A stretch of DNA of 64,000 nt from Octopus vulgaris (GCA_951406725.2 OX597832.1:64976001-65040000); one strand, 5' to 3'. Shown: positions 1 to 12,119, counted from the first letter of the stretch. The notes: generated by a model not told the origin, from the letters alone. Program-made: numbers and translations.

Positions 1-100
1 CGGGATCGATAAAATCTGTACTAATTGACAGCTGGTATCGATCTAATCGACTTACCCACTCCCCGAAATTGCTGGCCTTCTACCAAAATTTGAAACCATT
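1..100 (+). mobile_element. SINE family A, 3' half
   Basis: GATCGATAAA..GTACTA..GATCTAATCGACTTACCC..GGCCTT..CCAAAATTTGAAACC matches the body and tail of full copies such as 5000-5230. Confidence 0.7.
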
Positions 101-109
101 ATTTATTTA

Positions 110-225
110 AAGTACCAGACTTAAAAGAGCAAGTACCAGGGTATATTTTCTTTCAATAAATCCATAAAGGTGGTACTCCAGCATGGCCACGCCCCAGTGA
201 TTGAAAGAGAAAAAAGGATAACAGA
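110..225 (+). mobile_element. SINE family C, tail fragment
   Basis: GGTGGTACTCCAGCATGGCCAC..GATTGAAA matches the tail of the 5305-5870 copy. Confidence 0.65.
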
Positions 226-247
226 AAATAATACAGGTTTCACTAAT

Positions 248-452
248 ATTGGTTTCAAATTTTGGCTCAAAGCCAACGATTTCGAGGGGGGGGGGGGAGG
301 GTGTGAGTCGATTACATCGACCCATTTCAACTGGTACGTAATTTCATTTACACAGAAAAGATGAAGGGTACAGGAATTTGAACCCAGAATGACAAGAAGG
401 ATGGAATTCCGCTATGCATTTGCCAACGTGTTCACGATTCTGATTCTGCAAG
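248..452 (-). mobile_element. SINE family A, degenerate
   Basis: Reverse complement of the family A body (GTCGATTACATCGACC..CTGGTAC..GGAATTTGAACCCAG). Confidence 0.7.
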
Positions 453-491
453 TTCCACGACTTAGAATGTCACTGAGATTAGCTAGAATGA

Positions 492-718
492 TGGCAACGA
501 GCTGGCAGGGTCGTTAGCACGCCGGGTGGAATACTAAGCAGCATTTCGTTTGTCCTCAGTTACTGAGTTCACACTCCGCCGAGGTCCATTGCACCGTCCA
601 TCCTTTCGGGGTCGATAAAATAAATACTAGTTGAGTACTGGGGGGGGGGGGGCTATGTAATGGACTTACCTCCTTCTCTCGAAACTGCTAGCCTTATGCC
701 AAAATTGGAAATCAATAT
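492..718 (+). mobile_element. SINE family A (tRNA-derived)
   Basis: Head GGCAACGAGCTGGCAG..GTTAGCACGCCGGG, B-box-like GAGTTCAC and body CATCCTTTCGGGGTCGATAAAATAA. Confidence 0.8.
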
Positions 719-1144
719 TAGCTGGAATGAGTGTTTTTAATCATTGATCCTATCACTCAAGCCCTATCTGGGTTTTCGTACAAAACTAATAAAGTGATGG
801 AATACCTTTTCAGAATTGATCAGGGTGTAAAGGATAAAGGCAATAACAAATCACAATTGTGGAATTGTTGATCGATGCGTTACACATACAGATAAAAATA
901 CCTGTCATTCAGTTAAGAGAAGACAACTGAAACCAGAGTTAGACTCCATTGCCTTGAAACGGACGGTTAGAATATGAATGAAATAGTGCTACACATGATT
1001 ACGCCTGACTAGAAAGTTTCAAGACTGCATAATACGGAAGCAGCGAGAAAAAAAAGCTACCACCACCACCAACAACAACAACACCACCACCACCACCACT
1101 ACTACTTACTACTACTTATTATTATTATTATTATTATTATTACC

Positions 1145-1355
1145 AAGGCAGCGAGCTGGCTTAATCGTTAGCAGGCCGGGCAAAATGCTTAGCGGCATTT
1201 CGTCCGTCTTTATGTTCCGAGTTCAAATTCCGTCAAGGTCGACTTTGCCATTCATCCTTCTGGGGTTGATAAATTAAGTATCAGTGAAACACTCGGTCGA
1301 CTAGTCCCCCACCCACCCACCCACTCACCCGCAGAAAATTTCAGGCCTTGTACTT
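1145..1355 (+). mobile_element. SINE family A
   Basis: GGCAGCGAGCTGGC..GAGTTCAAATTCCGTCAAGGTCGACTTTGCCATTCATCC. Confidence 0.85.
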
Positions 1356-1365
1356 ATAATTATAA

Positions 1366-1490
1366 TAAACCTTTCTGTATAGGCAGAAGTCAAGCAATTT
1401 TGGGATGTGGACGCATTTTCTTCAACCTCAGTATACAGCTGGTACTTATTTCATCGCCCCTGAAGACAAAAGTCTTCCCCGGCAAATTTT
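1366..1490 (-). mobile_element. SINE family A, 3' fragment
   Basis: AACCTTTCT..AGGC..CAGCTGGTACTTATTTCATCG is antisense to the family A body. Confidence 0.6.
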
Positions 1491-1806
1491 GATATAACAA
1501 CAGTTCTATCATTTCGAGCGTTAATGTACAAATTCCTTTTTTGGTTCTTCCTCTAAATCTGTAGAAATTCTTTGGAATTTTCGTTGGAATATCTTCGCTT
1601 CATCCTAATATTTTATTAGAATATTTCGAAGAATTTCAGTATGACGTCCTATTGTTAGTTGTATTTGCTTTTAATCAATTATAATCAGTTTTAATTAAGT
1701 AGAATTTATTACTAGCTTAACAAAATCGTCTGGCTCTAGCAAATATGTTATTAATTAAAAGCTGATAATTCAAATCTTCGAAGCAGATATTTATAATGAG
1801 AATTAT

Positions 1807-2060
1807 TGGCACTCCGTCAGTTACGACGAAGAGTAAACCAGTTGGTAGGATCAACGGAATAGCCTGCTGCTCGGGAAATTAACGTGCAAGTGGCTGAGTA
1901 CGCCACAAACACGCTTACCCTTACCCAGTGTCATACAGAATGTGACAAAGTTGGCCCTTTGGATTACTGGTACAACTCATTTTTGCCGGCTGATTGGACC
2001 GGAGCGATATCTAACTCACAACCTTACGATCGTGGGCCGAATATCTTAACGACTTAGCTA
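1807..2060 (-). mobile_element. SINE family B variant
   Basis: TGGCACTCCGTCAGTTACGACG..AATTAACGTGCAAGTGGCTGAGTAC is antisense to the tail of 17942-18316. Confidence 0.75.
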
Positions 2061-2127
2061 GGCACCTGCGTATATTTGATTACCAGCATTAGGTCACAAC
2101 GCGAGAAATTTGGGAAGAGAATGTCAT

Positions 2128-2495
2128 AGACGCAGGTATGGCTTTGTGGTCAAAATTTCGCTTTGTAACCTCGTGCTGGTGTCGTCTGCTATAGCTCCGG
2201 GAGGTGTGATGCCTTGTGAGTGGATGTGGTAGACGGAAGCTCTGTGGATGCCCGTCGTATATGTGTCTACACACACACAAACGAAATATACACATACACA
2301 CACGTGTACGTTTGCGTGTGTATGTCCATATCCCCATCACTTACAGCTATTGTTAGTTTGCTTACTTATTGTAACCTAGTGATTCTACAAAAGAGATTAC
2401 AGATTGAGAGAGAGACCTAAAAAGCACATTCGATTCATCCAATTAAACACTTCACAGTATAGCTGCTGTCCAATTACTGAAGCAAGTAAAAGAAA
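2128..2495 (+). mobile_element. SINE family C, degenerate
   Basis: GCAGGTATGGCTTTGTGGT..CTATAGCTCCGGG..GATGCCTTGTGAGTGGAT.TGGTAGACGGAA and tail ATGACTGAAGCAAGTAAAAGA-like. Confidence 0.65.
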
Positions 2496-3380
2496 CGGTT
2501 GAGTGAAACTTTTCTAGTAGTTAACTGGTATTTATCACCTCCAGAAAGACAAAAGCACAAATGAAATCCGTTCAACCGGAAGTGATTACAAAGAGTAAGT
2601 AAAGGCAAGCCAATCCCTTCCAGTATTCTGTCTGCTGCTCTTTCATCCCTCTTGTAAAAACTTCAGCAAGACTGAAGCATTGATTGCTCACATTAGTAAA
2701 CAAAATATCAGTGAGGCGTGCTCGACTAGATTCACTCTGCGCAAGCAGTTTTACTCTTCCTAACTTTGACAGAGCTATGAAGCACATACAAAAATAAAAA
2801 CTTCGAAAGTTCATGTCATGGCAAGCTAAATTGTTTCCATAACATTAAAGCTATTGGGACACATGAAAGATTCTTTCCTTACCAATTTTTTGCATCATTC
2901 CATTTTTAATATTTTTTGTATTAACCTGGTCCTCAACGGGTCTAGTATAGAATTAAATGCTGCTATCAATTACAATGAAGCTTTTGAGTAGATTTGGTAA
3001 TCTTTTTTAGCCAGTAACTCTCTTCAGGATATGAGCTGTTCATACTAAGAAACTCCCTACTTATGATCGGCTTTTATTTCCTAATACTTCTAGCATTCCG
3101 CATAGTCTTTTCACAGGGCAAACCCAGAATGTGCCGAATTAATCCCTGTCTATTCGACTTCAAGTAGGTAGTATTGGATCATGTATTTACCAAGAGAATG
3201 TAGTCACAAGCCTGCAATGGAATTGTTTCTACCTGAGCACGTTGTGCTGGATGCCATATTTACTAGTAGAAGGTTTCCACGAGGATTCGGCATGCAAGAC
3301 AAAACGGAAACAGAGCGATGCCGAATAGTATAGTCTGTTGAATTAATTCGGCATTTGTTAAGCCATCTATTTGTTTAAGC

Positions 3381-3468
3381 CATATATACATATCTATGTA
3401 TATATATATATATCTATGTATATATATATATATATCTATGTATATATATATATATATATATATACATA

Positions 3469-3511
<43 letters not shown>

Positions 3512-3619
3512 GTATGTATATATATATATATATATATATATCTACATGTATATATATATGTATATGTATATCTGTATATATATATGTATATGTATATATG
3601 TATATATATATGTATACAC

Positions 3620-3653
<34 letters not shown>

Positions 3654-3660
3654 TTACATA
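3381..3660. repeat. (TA)/(TATG) compound microsatellite
   Basis: Direct reading of the sequence. Confidence 0.95.
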
Positions 3661-3799
3661 TAAATGGCCCGCTGACAACAAGTACTGTCAATGTTACCGC
3701 TAAATAATCCTTTCTGCTGTAGGCACAAGGCCTAACATTTTGGGAAGGGATTAAGTCAACTACATCGACCCCAGTGCGTAACTGGTACTTATTTAATCG
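3661..3799 (+). repeat. 139-bp direct repeat, copy 1 (copy 2 at 4854-4993)
   Basis: TAAA(T/C)GGCCCGCTGACAACAAG...GGTACTTATTTAATCG is present twice with only a few differences; it includes the antisense 3' part of a family A SINE. Confidence 0.95.
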
Positions 3800-3849
3800 A
3801 TCTTTGCCATCGACCCGATTCCGAATTCCCTCATATTTTAACCGTCCGC

Positions 3850-4310
3850 ATCATTCAAATCATAATGTCTGATCACCAGATCCGCCCCGATATTTCGTAC
3901 ACCACCTCTCATAAGATCCTATACAGTTTCCCGGTTTGAAGCTACATGTCCAGCTATACACGACCAGACACATTTACACGAGCTTGTTAACGGTGCGATC
4001 CTTGCCCTACATTAAGAACATCACCACCACGAAGTCACAGGCTCGCATCACACAAAACGTCCACAGCATCTCTTTCAACCTAATCTGCTGCATAATTTGT
4101 AAACATTGCTGTCCACAGTACACCGAAGAAAGATGTTGTTGTTTTGCTGCTTGCTTTCGGGAACACATTCGAAGCACATTAATTTATATGCCAGTCCAAC
4201 TCGTCGCTTATATCTCTTCACATTATAGATCAGCACTTTCAAAGAGAGGAAACGACTTTCTATATTCAAGCTCTGTACCATAGATTTTTCAATGAAGGTT
4301 TTTCTATCTT
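3850..4310 (+). mobile_element. Penelope-like GIY-YIG endonuclease relic
   Basis: Translation ..PYIKNITTT..ITQNVHSISFNLICCIICKHC.PQY...FREHIRST and a shifted KERKRLSIFKLCT resemble the PLE linker and EN (FTCTS.NLIYCI.C..C..YIGET..RFREH). The segment is frameshifted. Confidence 0.7.
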
Positions 4311-4853
4311 CTCCCCAAACTCATTTGAGAACAGAAATCCAATTTTTCTACTTCAGCTGCTTACTCACTTCGGCGTTTCGTCCACTTAACTCACGTTAGC
4401 TTTTCTCGCTCTTGAAATTTCTCATTCTTTCTCCTTCTGTCTTTTAGTATTTCCTTTCTACGAAGGTATTTTGTGTTTGCCATCACTTGCAGCCAATCGA
4501 TTAAACACAGAGAGCTAGAAGTTTTACTGTCTTTGTTTTTTTCCATTGTTATCTTACGCTAGTAAAAGAACAATGTCCGAAATGTTCGATAACCACTCCC
4601 AGGGCAATTTCACTTTTCTGGGGCTCTTTATAAATATACACTTTTATTGTTTTACTAGTGCAATCTTGTTAGCACACAGTCATGCCTGCATGTATATATT
4701 TTATAAACAAACTTTGAAAGCGTCGAATGTGTCTGGTATTTTTCAGACGAGGGAGTAAGTTTCAAACGCATATAGCCGTGAAAACCGAAAGAATGGATAT
4801 TTTAACCCTTAAAAGACGGAAAAGAAAAAGTTGCCAACAAACAGCTACAAGAC

Positions 4854-4993
4854 TAAACGGCCCGCTGACAACAAGTACTGTCAATGTTACCGCTAAATAA
4901 TCCTCTCTGCTGTAGGCACAAGGCCTAAAATTTGGGGGAAGGGATTAAGTCAACTACATCGACCCCAGTGCGTAACTGGTACTTATTTAATCG
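4854..4993 (+). repeat. Direct repeat, copy 2
   Basis: Matches 3661-3799. Confidence 0.95.
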
Positions 4994-4999
4994 TTAAAA

Positions 5000-5230
5000 G
5001 GCGGCGAGCTGGCAGAAACGTTAGCACGCCGGGCGAAATGCGTAGCCGTATTTCGTCTGCCGTTACGTTCTGAGTTCAAATTTCGCCGAGGTCGACTTTG
5101 CCTTTCATCCTTTCGGAGTCGATGAATTAAGTACCAGTTACGCACTGGGGTCGATATAATCGACTTAATTCGTTTGTTTGTCCTTGTTTGTCTCCTCTGT
5201 GTTTAGCCCCTTGTGGGTAGTAAAGAAATA
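5000..5230 (+). mobile_element. SINE family A, full length with 16-bp TSD, inserted in an antisense family A copy
   Basis: GGCGGCGAGCTGGCAGAAACG..AAAGAAATA. TSD GGTACTTATTTAATCG at 4978-4993 and 5231-5246. The host copy continues to about 5292. Confidence 0.92.
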
Positions 5231-5304
5231 GGTACTTATTTAATCGACCCGAAAGGATAAAAGGCAAAGGCGACCTTGGTGGAATTTGAATGTATGTATA
5301 TAAA

Positions 5305-5870
5305 GGCGTAAGAGTGGTTGTGTGGTAAGTAGCTTGCTTATAAAACATGGTTCCGGTTTCAGTCCCACTGCGGAGCACCTTGGGCAATTGTCTTCTACTA
5401 TAGTCTCGGGCCGACCAAAGCTTTGTGAGTAGATTTGGTAGACGGAAACTGAAAGAAGCCCATCGTAGATATGTATATATATATATATAGTTAATCCAAA
5501 CATGAAAACACAAAGAGAAAATACAACAACGCGAGGATGTGGAACAAGTATAGTGTTATTGGATGCTCAGGAAAGGAAAGAAAGAAGGAGGATTTAACGT
5601 TTCGAGAAGAGCTATTCGTCAGAAACATAGGAAAAGGAAAGATATATATATATATATATATATATGTAGGTGTGTGTATATGTTTGTGTGTCTGTGTTTG
5701 TCGCGCCAACATCACTTGACAACCGATGCTGGTGTGTTTACATCCCCATAACTTAGCGGTTCGACAAAAGAGACTGATAGAATAAGTTCTGTGGTCGATT
5801 TGCTCGACTAAAGACGTTGCTCCGGCGTGGCTACAGTCAAATGACTGAAACAAGTAAAAGAGTAAAAGAA
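5305..5870 (+). mobile_element. SINE family C, full length, with internal TA/TG tract
   Basis: tRNA-like head GGCGTAAGAGTGGTTGTGTGGTAAG..GGTTTCAGTCCC, CORE-like GCACCTTGGGCAA and tail CAGTCAAATGACTGAAACAAGTAAAAGAGTAAAAGA. Confidence 0.88.
5592..5626 (-). ncRNA. Minimal type I hammerhead ribozyme motif (family IV), one stem II lesion
   Basis: Minus strand reads GTTT-CTGACGA-A-TAG CTCTT CTC-GAAAC-GTT-AAAT. Stem I is GTTT/AAAT and stem III is the palindrome AACGTT. Confidence 0.6.
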
Positions 5871-5900
5871 TATACATATATATCTATATATGTATGTATG

Positions 5901-5932
<32 letters not shown>

Positions 5933-5966
5933 TGCATATATGTTTGTGTGTATGTATATATGTATG

Positions 5967-6033
<67 letters not shown>

Positions 6034-6085
6034 ATGTGTATATATACATATACACATACATACATACATACATATATATATACGT

Positions 6086-6143
<58 letters not shown>
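5871..6143. repeat. (TATG)/(TG)/(TACA)/(TA) compound microsatellite
   Basis: Direct reading. Confidence 0.95.
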
Positions 6144-6149
<6 letters not shown>

Positions 6150-6171
6150 AGCGTCAGAAAATTTAAATATA

Positions 6172-7062
6172 CGTTGGGGTACACACAAGTATGAGGAAAA
6201 ATTTTCCTTGAGACAAAGCCATTGTAGTTAAGGCTTCCGCCGGTAGAAGCCACTTGATGCAATACTGGCGTCGTCGGTTGCAGGACGCATGCTACATGGT
6301 GCGTCTTTGTTTTGCAGAGCTTCTTCCCTCTTCGTCGAGTTTTTGTTGATGGCCGAAACGAAAGAACAGCGTTCTTCCGTAAATTTCTGTTTTCTGCTGG
6401 GGAAAACGGCGGGCGAAGCAGTTGTCCTGTTTCAGACAGCTTACAATGACGCGGTCATGAGAAAATCACAAGTCTACAAGTGATTTCCACTCTTTGGGAA
6501 TGATGTATTGTCGCATGAAGATTCATCTCTTTCGAAACGACCGTCGATCTGAACAAATGAAAACATCATGAAGATTCATGAATTGAGCTTAGAGGACTGT
6601 CACTGAACAATTGATGAACTTGTTGATATGACTGGTGTGTCCCGGAACTCCTGCCAACGAATTTTGAGCGAGGAATTGCGATTGAAAAGAGTTGCAAAAT
6701 TTGTGCCGCGCATGCTCACGGAAGATCAAAAGCAGTCGCGACAGAATACGTGTCGTGAACTGAAAGAACAACTCGAAGTTGATCCGGACCCTTTTTTTTA
6801 TATTTTCGAAGGGCTTCGCTGGTGACGGAAGCTGATGCTATAGAATTTGCAGATGTAGAACAAGTGAAGAAAAAAACGTGGGAGGCGTTAAAAGGCATCA
6901 CTTCGCAAAAGTTGCGGGACTGCTTCGAACAATGGAAACGCGTCTGCACCAATGCATTGCGTCAAATGAAGAATACTTTGAAGGCGATAAAAGTGTAAAC
7001 ATGTAAAACTAAGTGAATAAAATAACATCGCAAAATCCCGGTTTCTTTTGGGTACCCCTCGT
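6172..7062 (+). mobile_element. Tc1/mariner element, internally deleted
   Basis: TA-flanked imperfect TIRs (TA|CGTTGGGGTACAC.. and ..GGGTACCCCTCG|TA). Transposase pieces MAETKEQRSSVNFCFLLGKTAGEAVVLFQTAY, QRILSEELRLKRVAKFVPRMLTEDQK and a C-terminal FEQWKR..YFEGDK are present. The catalytic core is missing near 6800. Confidence 0.9.
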
Positions 7063-7578
7063 AATACACACACACGCACGCACCCCCACACACGCATACA
7101 TGTATCTATAAATAGTGTTGACAGTTATCTATGTTTGTGATCAGCCTCTCTCAGTCTCACTCTCTCTGTCTGCCTTTCTTTTTTCTGTTTCTTTATCTGC
7201 CTATATAAATGTATACTTACACACACACACACATTCACTCATTCAAGATCTATATGTCTATGACTCCAGTGTAAAGCATGTGATTAGTTTGCGACGTCAT
7301 TTGTCGTTTCAGTTTGGCCATCGTCATTCATTATTCATCTTTCACTGAGAAGTACAACTGGCCAGACAAGGCTGAATGTACGTCACCTTTTGGTATGGGG
7401 TTGTAATGCTTATTACCACAGACAGATAGACAAACAGACAGACACACACACACACATATACTTACGCTGACATTCACATACATTAATATACTTACATTAT
7501 ATACATATATTGATGTGTTTCTATATATATATATATATGAATGTGTATGTGCATGTACATATGTATTTTTGTATATAC

Positions 7579-7629
<51 letters not shown>

Positions 7630-9479
7630 TGTGTATAGATTTGAATGTAGAACTGTGTATGTGTGTGTGTGTGTATAGATTTGTATGTAGAACTGTGTAT
7701 GTGTGTGTATAGATTTGTATGTACAATTCTGTGTGTGTATGTGTGTGTAATTATAAGATATAATATAGAATACACATGGATATATGCCTATACATACTCC
7801 AGAATACACATACACATTAGAGAAATGAAGGAGAGATCGGAGCGGATTTTGGTGAGTGAATATGAGAGAGAAAGAATAAGAAAGAGAAAGTGGGAGAGAG
7901 ACAAAACATAATCAGAGCCACATGGAATGGTATGATGAGATGCAGCAATGGAATTAGATAAATAATAAAGAAGAGAAAACGTATCCTTGTCTGACCCATT
8001 GACATCCTATTACGACACCTGACCGCTATCAATGTTCTCTCTACTATTCATACATCACTTTCTACTGACCTTTTAGCATTTGATAATCAGTCTCCATCAC
8101 CTCACATAGCTCCACCACCACCAACATCGCCGCCGTCGCCAGCAACGGCAACATCAGAACAACAAAAGCCAGTTCAACGGCGATGTGATCGGCAGCTGCT
8201 ATCACGAGAACTAACACCGCCTTCATCACTCTGTATATCTATCAACAGCACCCGCTCCGGCTAAAACAGAATGACAGCCACAACACACGACTGCTATGAA
8301 CTAAACAACATGCCACAATGTGGTTGCATCGGTTTGTAGTGGTATAGCTAGACTGTATAACCCAGGGTTGTACTTTAGTTTGTTTCCCTCTTTTACAAAC
8401 TTAGACCAGAGACGAAAAGTTATTGCTCGGGCGGACTGGTCCCATCACACTCCTAGTTGTGCTTCTGTCCCTTCCTACAAATAAAGAATACCACATTGTC
8501 TAATTTAAACCGGGTTATGATTGTATCTCGGTTGAACTTGACGATGACTAGCTAAGATGTTTCCTTTTTGCCAATCTCGATTTCGATCCTATTAGGTAAC
8601 ATCTTGGACAAATATTTTCCTTTTTTATTCAACTAAAAAAATCTCTTGAACGAGTTAACAAGACAGTTGTTGAGTATTCCCTGAACACAACTTCAAATAA
8701 CGTAATTTTCAGGCAGACACTTTAGCGTGACACAATATTTGACAAAGATAGATCTTTGAATTGCAGTTACAATACAGCCCACGGGCATCAGCACTGTTTC
8801 CATTAATCTAATTTCTCTTACAGTCCAGGGCCAACCCAAAACAATCTTAAAGGATACAAGTTTGTCTGCGTTGCCACCCAGTTGGAAAGGGCGTGTGATT
8901 TGCGAAGCGAAATTCTTACGAATTTGGTCATACTGCTTTGTTATGGTAAGGAGTAAGTTGTATTTTAAATCAATGGCTTGGTCAAGGCTGGAAAGTCATT
9001 TTATAATACGTGTGCTGGATCAAAGCTAACAATAATTTATAACATAAATTATGACCTCCAGGAACTGTATCATCTACTATCATTTCCGAAACAACTACTG
9101 GTAGCAGCAGCAGCAGCAGCAACAGGAACGACATCATCACCATCAGAAAATTTATAACCACAACTAAAAGCAGCAACGAATAAAATAAAACCTGAAGGTG
9201 AAGAACATCAAAGAGCATTATGTAGCCACTCGGATATTGAAGAAATGGCAGCCAAATAGTCAGTAAATCTTACAATACCGTCTTAAACCAGGAAGAACAT
9301 ATTGGACAGTATAAACACGTGACCAAATCGAACAATTACAAGAACTGAACGTACGTGAACATAGTTGCAGTTGCAAAGCAACTAAAGGAATATATTAGCT
9401 GGTCCATTTAAGGGAAATTTTTTATAATCTGAGTCGATTGTAAAAACAGCAAATGTTTTCGGATGACTTATAATCCGCT

Positions 9480-9720
9480 CTCGAATTCAAAATCAAAATT
9501 ACAACATTATCACTAACTCAGTATACCTGAAGATTTGAAAACAGTGGCCTTTATAGATCGCACGGGAAACACCTTCGAAAATCGCTTCACACAGCATTTA
9601 TACACCTTCAGATACGCAAATTGAGTAACCTCAACACTAATATCCCAACAAATCTGCTGATTCAAAAGAAGCGACATGTGTAGAACTTGCAGAAAACATA
9701 TTTGAAACCTGCTTTAAACA

Positions 9721-9772
<52 letters not shown>

Positions 9773-10060
9773 ATGGATCTCGAGGAGGAAAAATAATATG
9801 ACAACAACACTATTTAAATGACCTATATTAATTTCCCACAGATCATATATTCTTCGGTTTTCTAATCAAAAATAACAATTATCTCACCATCAATGTTCCA
9901 ACAGATTTGGAGACTTTAAAGAAACTGCCTACGATGATGCAAACAGAAAACACTTTTGAAAACCGCTATACTCAGCACATGCACTCCTTCAAATCCGAAG
10001 TAAATTATCTCAACATTACTGACCCAACAGATCTGAAAACTTAAATTCAAAAGCAAAGCC
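9480..10060 (+). mobile_element. Two degenerate Penelope-like GIY-YIG fragments
   Basis: GNTFENRFTQHLYTFR..STLISQQI (about 9560-9660) and TENTFENRYTQHMHSFK (about 9940-10000) resemble the PLE EN motif TENxFKxRYxxHxxSF. Confidence 0.45.
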
Positions 10061-10704
10061 CTATTTAGATCTCATAGAAAATGCCTTTGTGACCCTCTAT
10101 ACACCGCATATACAAATCTTCAAATCCAAAGACAATAACCTCAATATTACCGTCTCAACGGACCTGGAAGTTCAGAAATATTTCAGTTCAAAACTCTAAG
10201 CTAACGCGACACTAGATTGCAGGAACATATCAATCCATAGCCGCGAAGCAACACATGGCCACCTGGATATGAAAGATGAGATGTTATTCACCTGAATCGC
10301 AGAGAGAACATAATTTGTCTTAAACGGATCCAGGTCCCTGACAGACTGAGTCATCACTCAATATTGATTGACAGTTAATTGAAACGACCAGAGCAATATC
10401 CTCTTGAAACAAAGGAAAACTCAATTATGCGGACCAATAAAAATAAATCATGAATGGATATATATATAAACACGTGTGTGTGTTATTGACCTTATAAGAA
10501 TTTAGAAACTTCGTGGCCTTGAAATAATTCATTTTGGAAAGATGAATCTCGAAGCAGATAAAGCAATAAGTAATAGTATGTAAATATTGGGATACAACCT
10601 GTTCTATAAAAACAGCAAAAGATTTCCCGTGGACCAAAACAATCCTTCGAATTTCTATTTACATATAAATATACTCATATATATACATATATACATAAGC
10701 ACAG

Positions 10705-10735
<31 letters not shown>

Positions 10736-10739
10736 TGTA

Positions 10740-10771
<32 letters not shown>

Positions 10772-11436
10772 TGTGTGTGTGTGTGCCTATCTGTGCATGT
10801 ATGCTTGTGTATATTACGCAAACAGTAGATATGAGCGAAATATATCATTGCCAAAATCTTTATATACATTATGAATAACATTTTATTCATTTCGTGTAAT
10901 TCTTCAACTAATATATTTTTGTACCATAAGACTTATTGAAAAACATAAGAGATTCATAAAAGATAAAGTCGAACACATTTCTGTCGTTCAACTCTCACTC
11001 TCTCCTCTTCTGTGTGTGTGTGTGTGTGTATTAGTAAACCTATACTATAGTAAGCATATACTAATGTTTGTTTTATGTTCAGTTATAATAAAACCAATTT
11101 TACATTTATCTGATGAGCAACTCGATACGTTTGTAGAGTACACATTTATCATTCTTAAACAAGAATATTATTGACAGTGACTTCAAAAACTCAGTGCAAC
11201 AAAGAAAGATAGATTATCAGATCACCAGAAAATCGTGGTTACAACAATTCGATGAATCTGCAATGGTATTGTATATTGTCGAGCATGTAAGTTAATGCAA
11301 ACATTTTAGCGTAATTTCATCCCCACTGACATTAGAAGTGCATGAAGAAGGCTGCCGAAACGAGCCCTAAGGATGCCAAGAGTTTGAATACATCCTGACG
11401 CTTTATGGTTTACACACACACACACACACACACACA

Positions 11437-11477
<41 letters not shown>

Positions 11478-11564
11478 GTATGTATTTATGTGTGTATGTG
11501 TGTGTTTGCGCGCACACACACACGCATTTGAATGTGTATGTACACAGACAGAGACACACACATC

Positions 11565-11946
11565 GTGGCGTTCCGTCGGTTGCGACGACGACGGTTCCAT
11601 TTGATCAGATCAACGGAACAGCCTACTCGTGAAATTAACTTGCAAGTGGCTGAGTATTCCACAGACACGTATACCCTTAACGTAGTTCTTGGGGAGATTC
11701 AGCGTGATACAGAGTGTGATAAGGCTGGTCCTTTGGAATACAGGTACAACAGAAACAGGAAAAAAACAGTTAGAAAAAGTTGTGGTGAAAGAGTATAGCA
11801 GGGTTCGCCACCACCCATGCCAGAGCCTCGTGGAGCTTTAAGAGTTTTCGCTCAATAAACTCTTACAACGCTCGGTCTGGGAATCGAAACCGTGATCCTA
11901 TGACTGCGAGTCCTCTGCCCTAACCACTGGGCCATTGCGCCTCCAC
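11565..11946 (-). mobile_element. SINE family B, full length
   Basis: Reverse complement of 17942-18316; ends ..GGGCCATTGCGCCTCCAC. Confidence 0.92.
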
Positions 11947-12119
11947 ACACACACACACACATATATATATAGAGAGAGAAGGAGAGAGACAGAAAGATTG
12001 AAATTATTTACGTATGACATACATGTTTTAGTGAATAAATGTACGCAATGATTTATGACTGCGCAATTGTCACTTTGCGAACGATTGCATATCCTGTTGC
12101 GCCGTGGATATCTCAATAG

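Noticed and set aside
2572-3370. 80-aa minus-strand ORF and surrounding unique sequence
   Set aside because: No recognisable motif. It may be an old transposon relic, but I cannot support that.
4547-4790. Two hammerhead-like strings downstream of the Penelope EN (..GTCCGAAATGTTCGATAAC; CAGACGAGGGAG..AAACGCA)
   Set aside because: Each has three or more core deviations. They are positionally plausible but not callable without a consensus.
8100-8270. Minus-strand acceptor plus the open stretch PERVLLIDIQSDEGG
   Set aside because: It is short, ends in triplet-repeat sequence and shows no recognisable homology.
11105-11370. CTGATGAGCAACTCGATACGTT and CATGAAGAAGGCTGCCGAAACGAG
   Set aside because: The cores are partial and stem I or the NUH triplet is missing; they are possible decayed hammerheads only.
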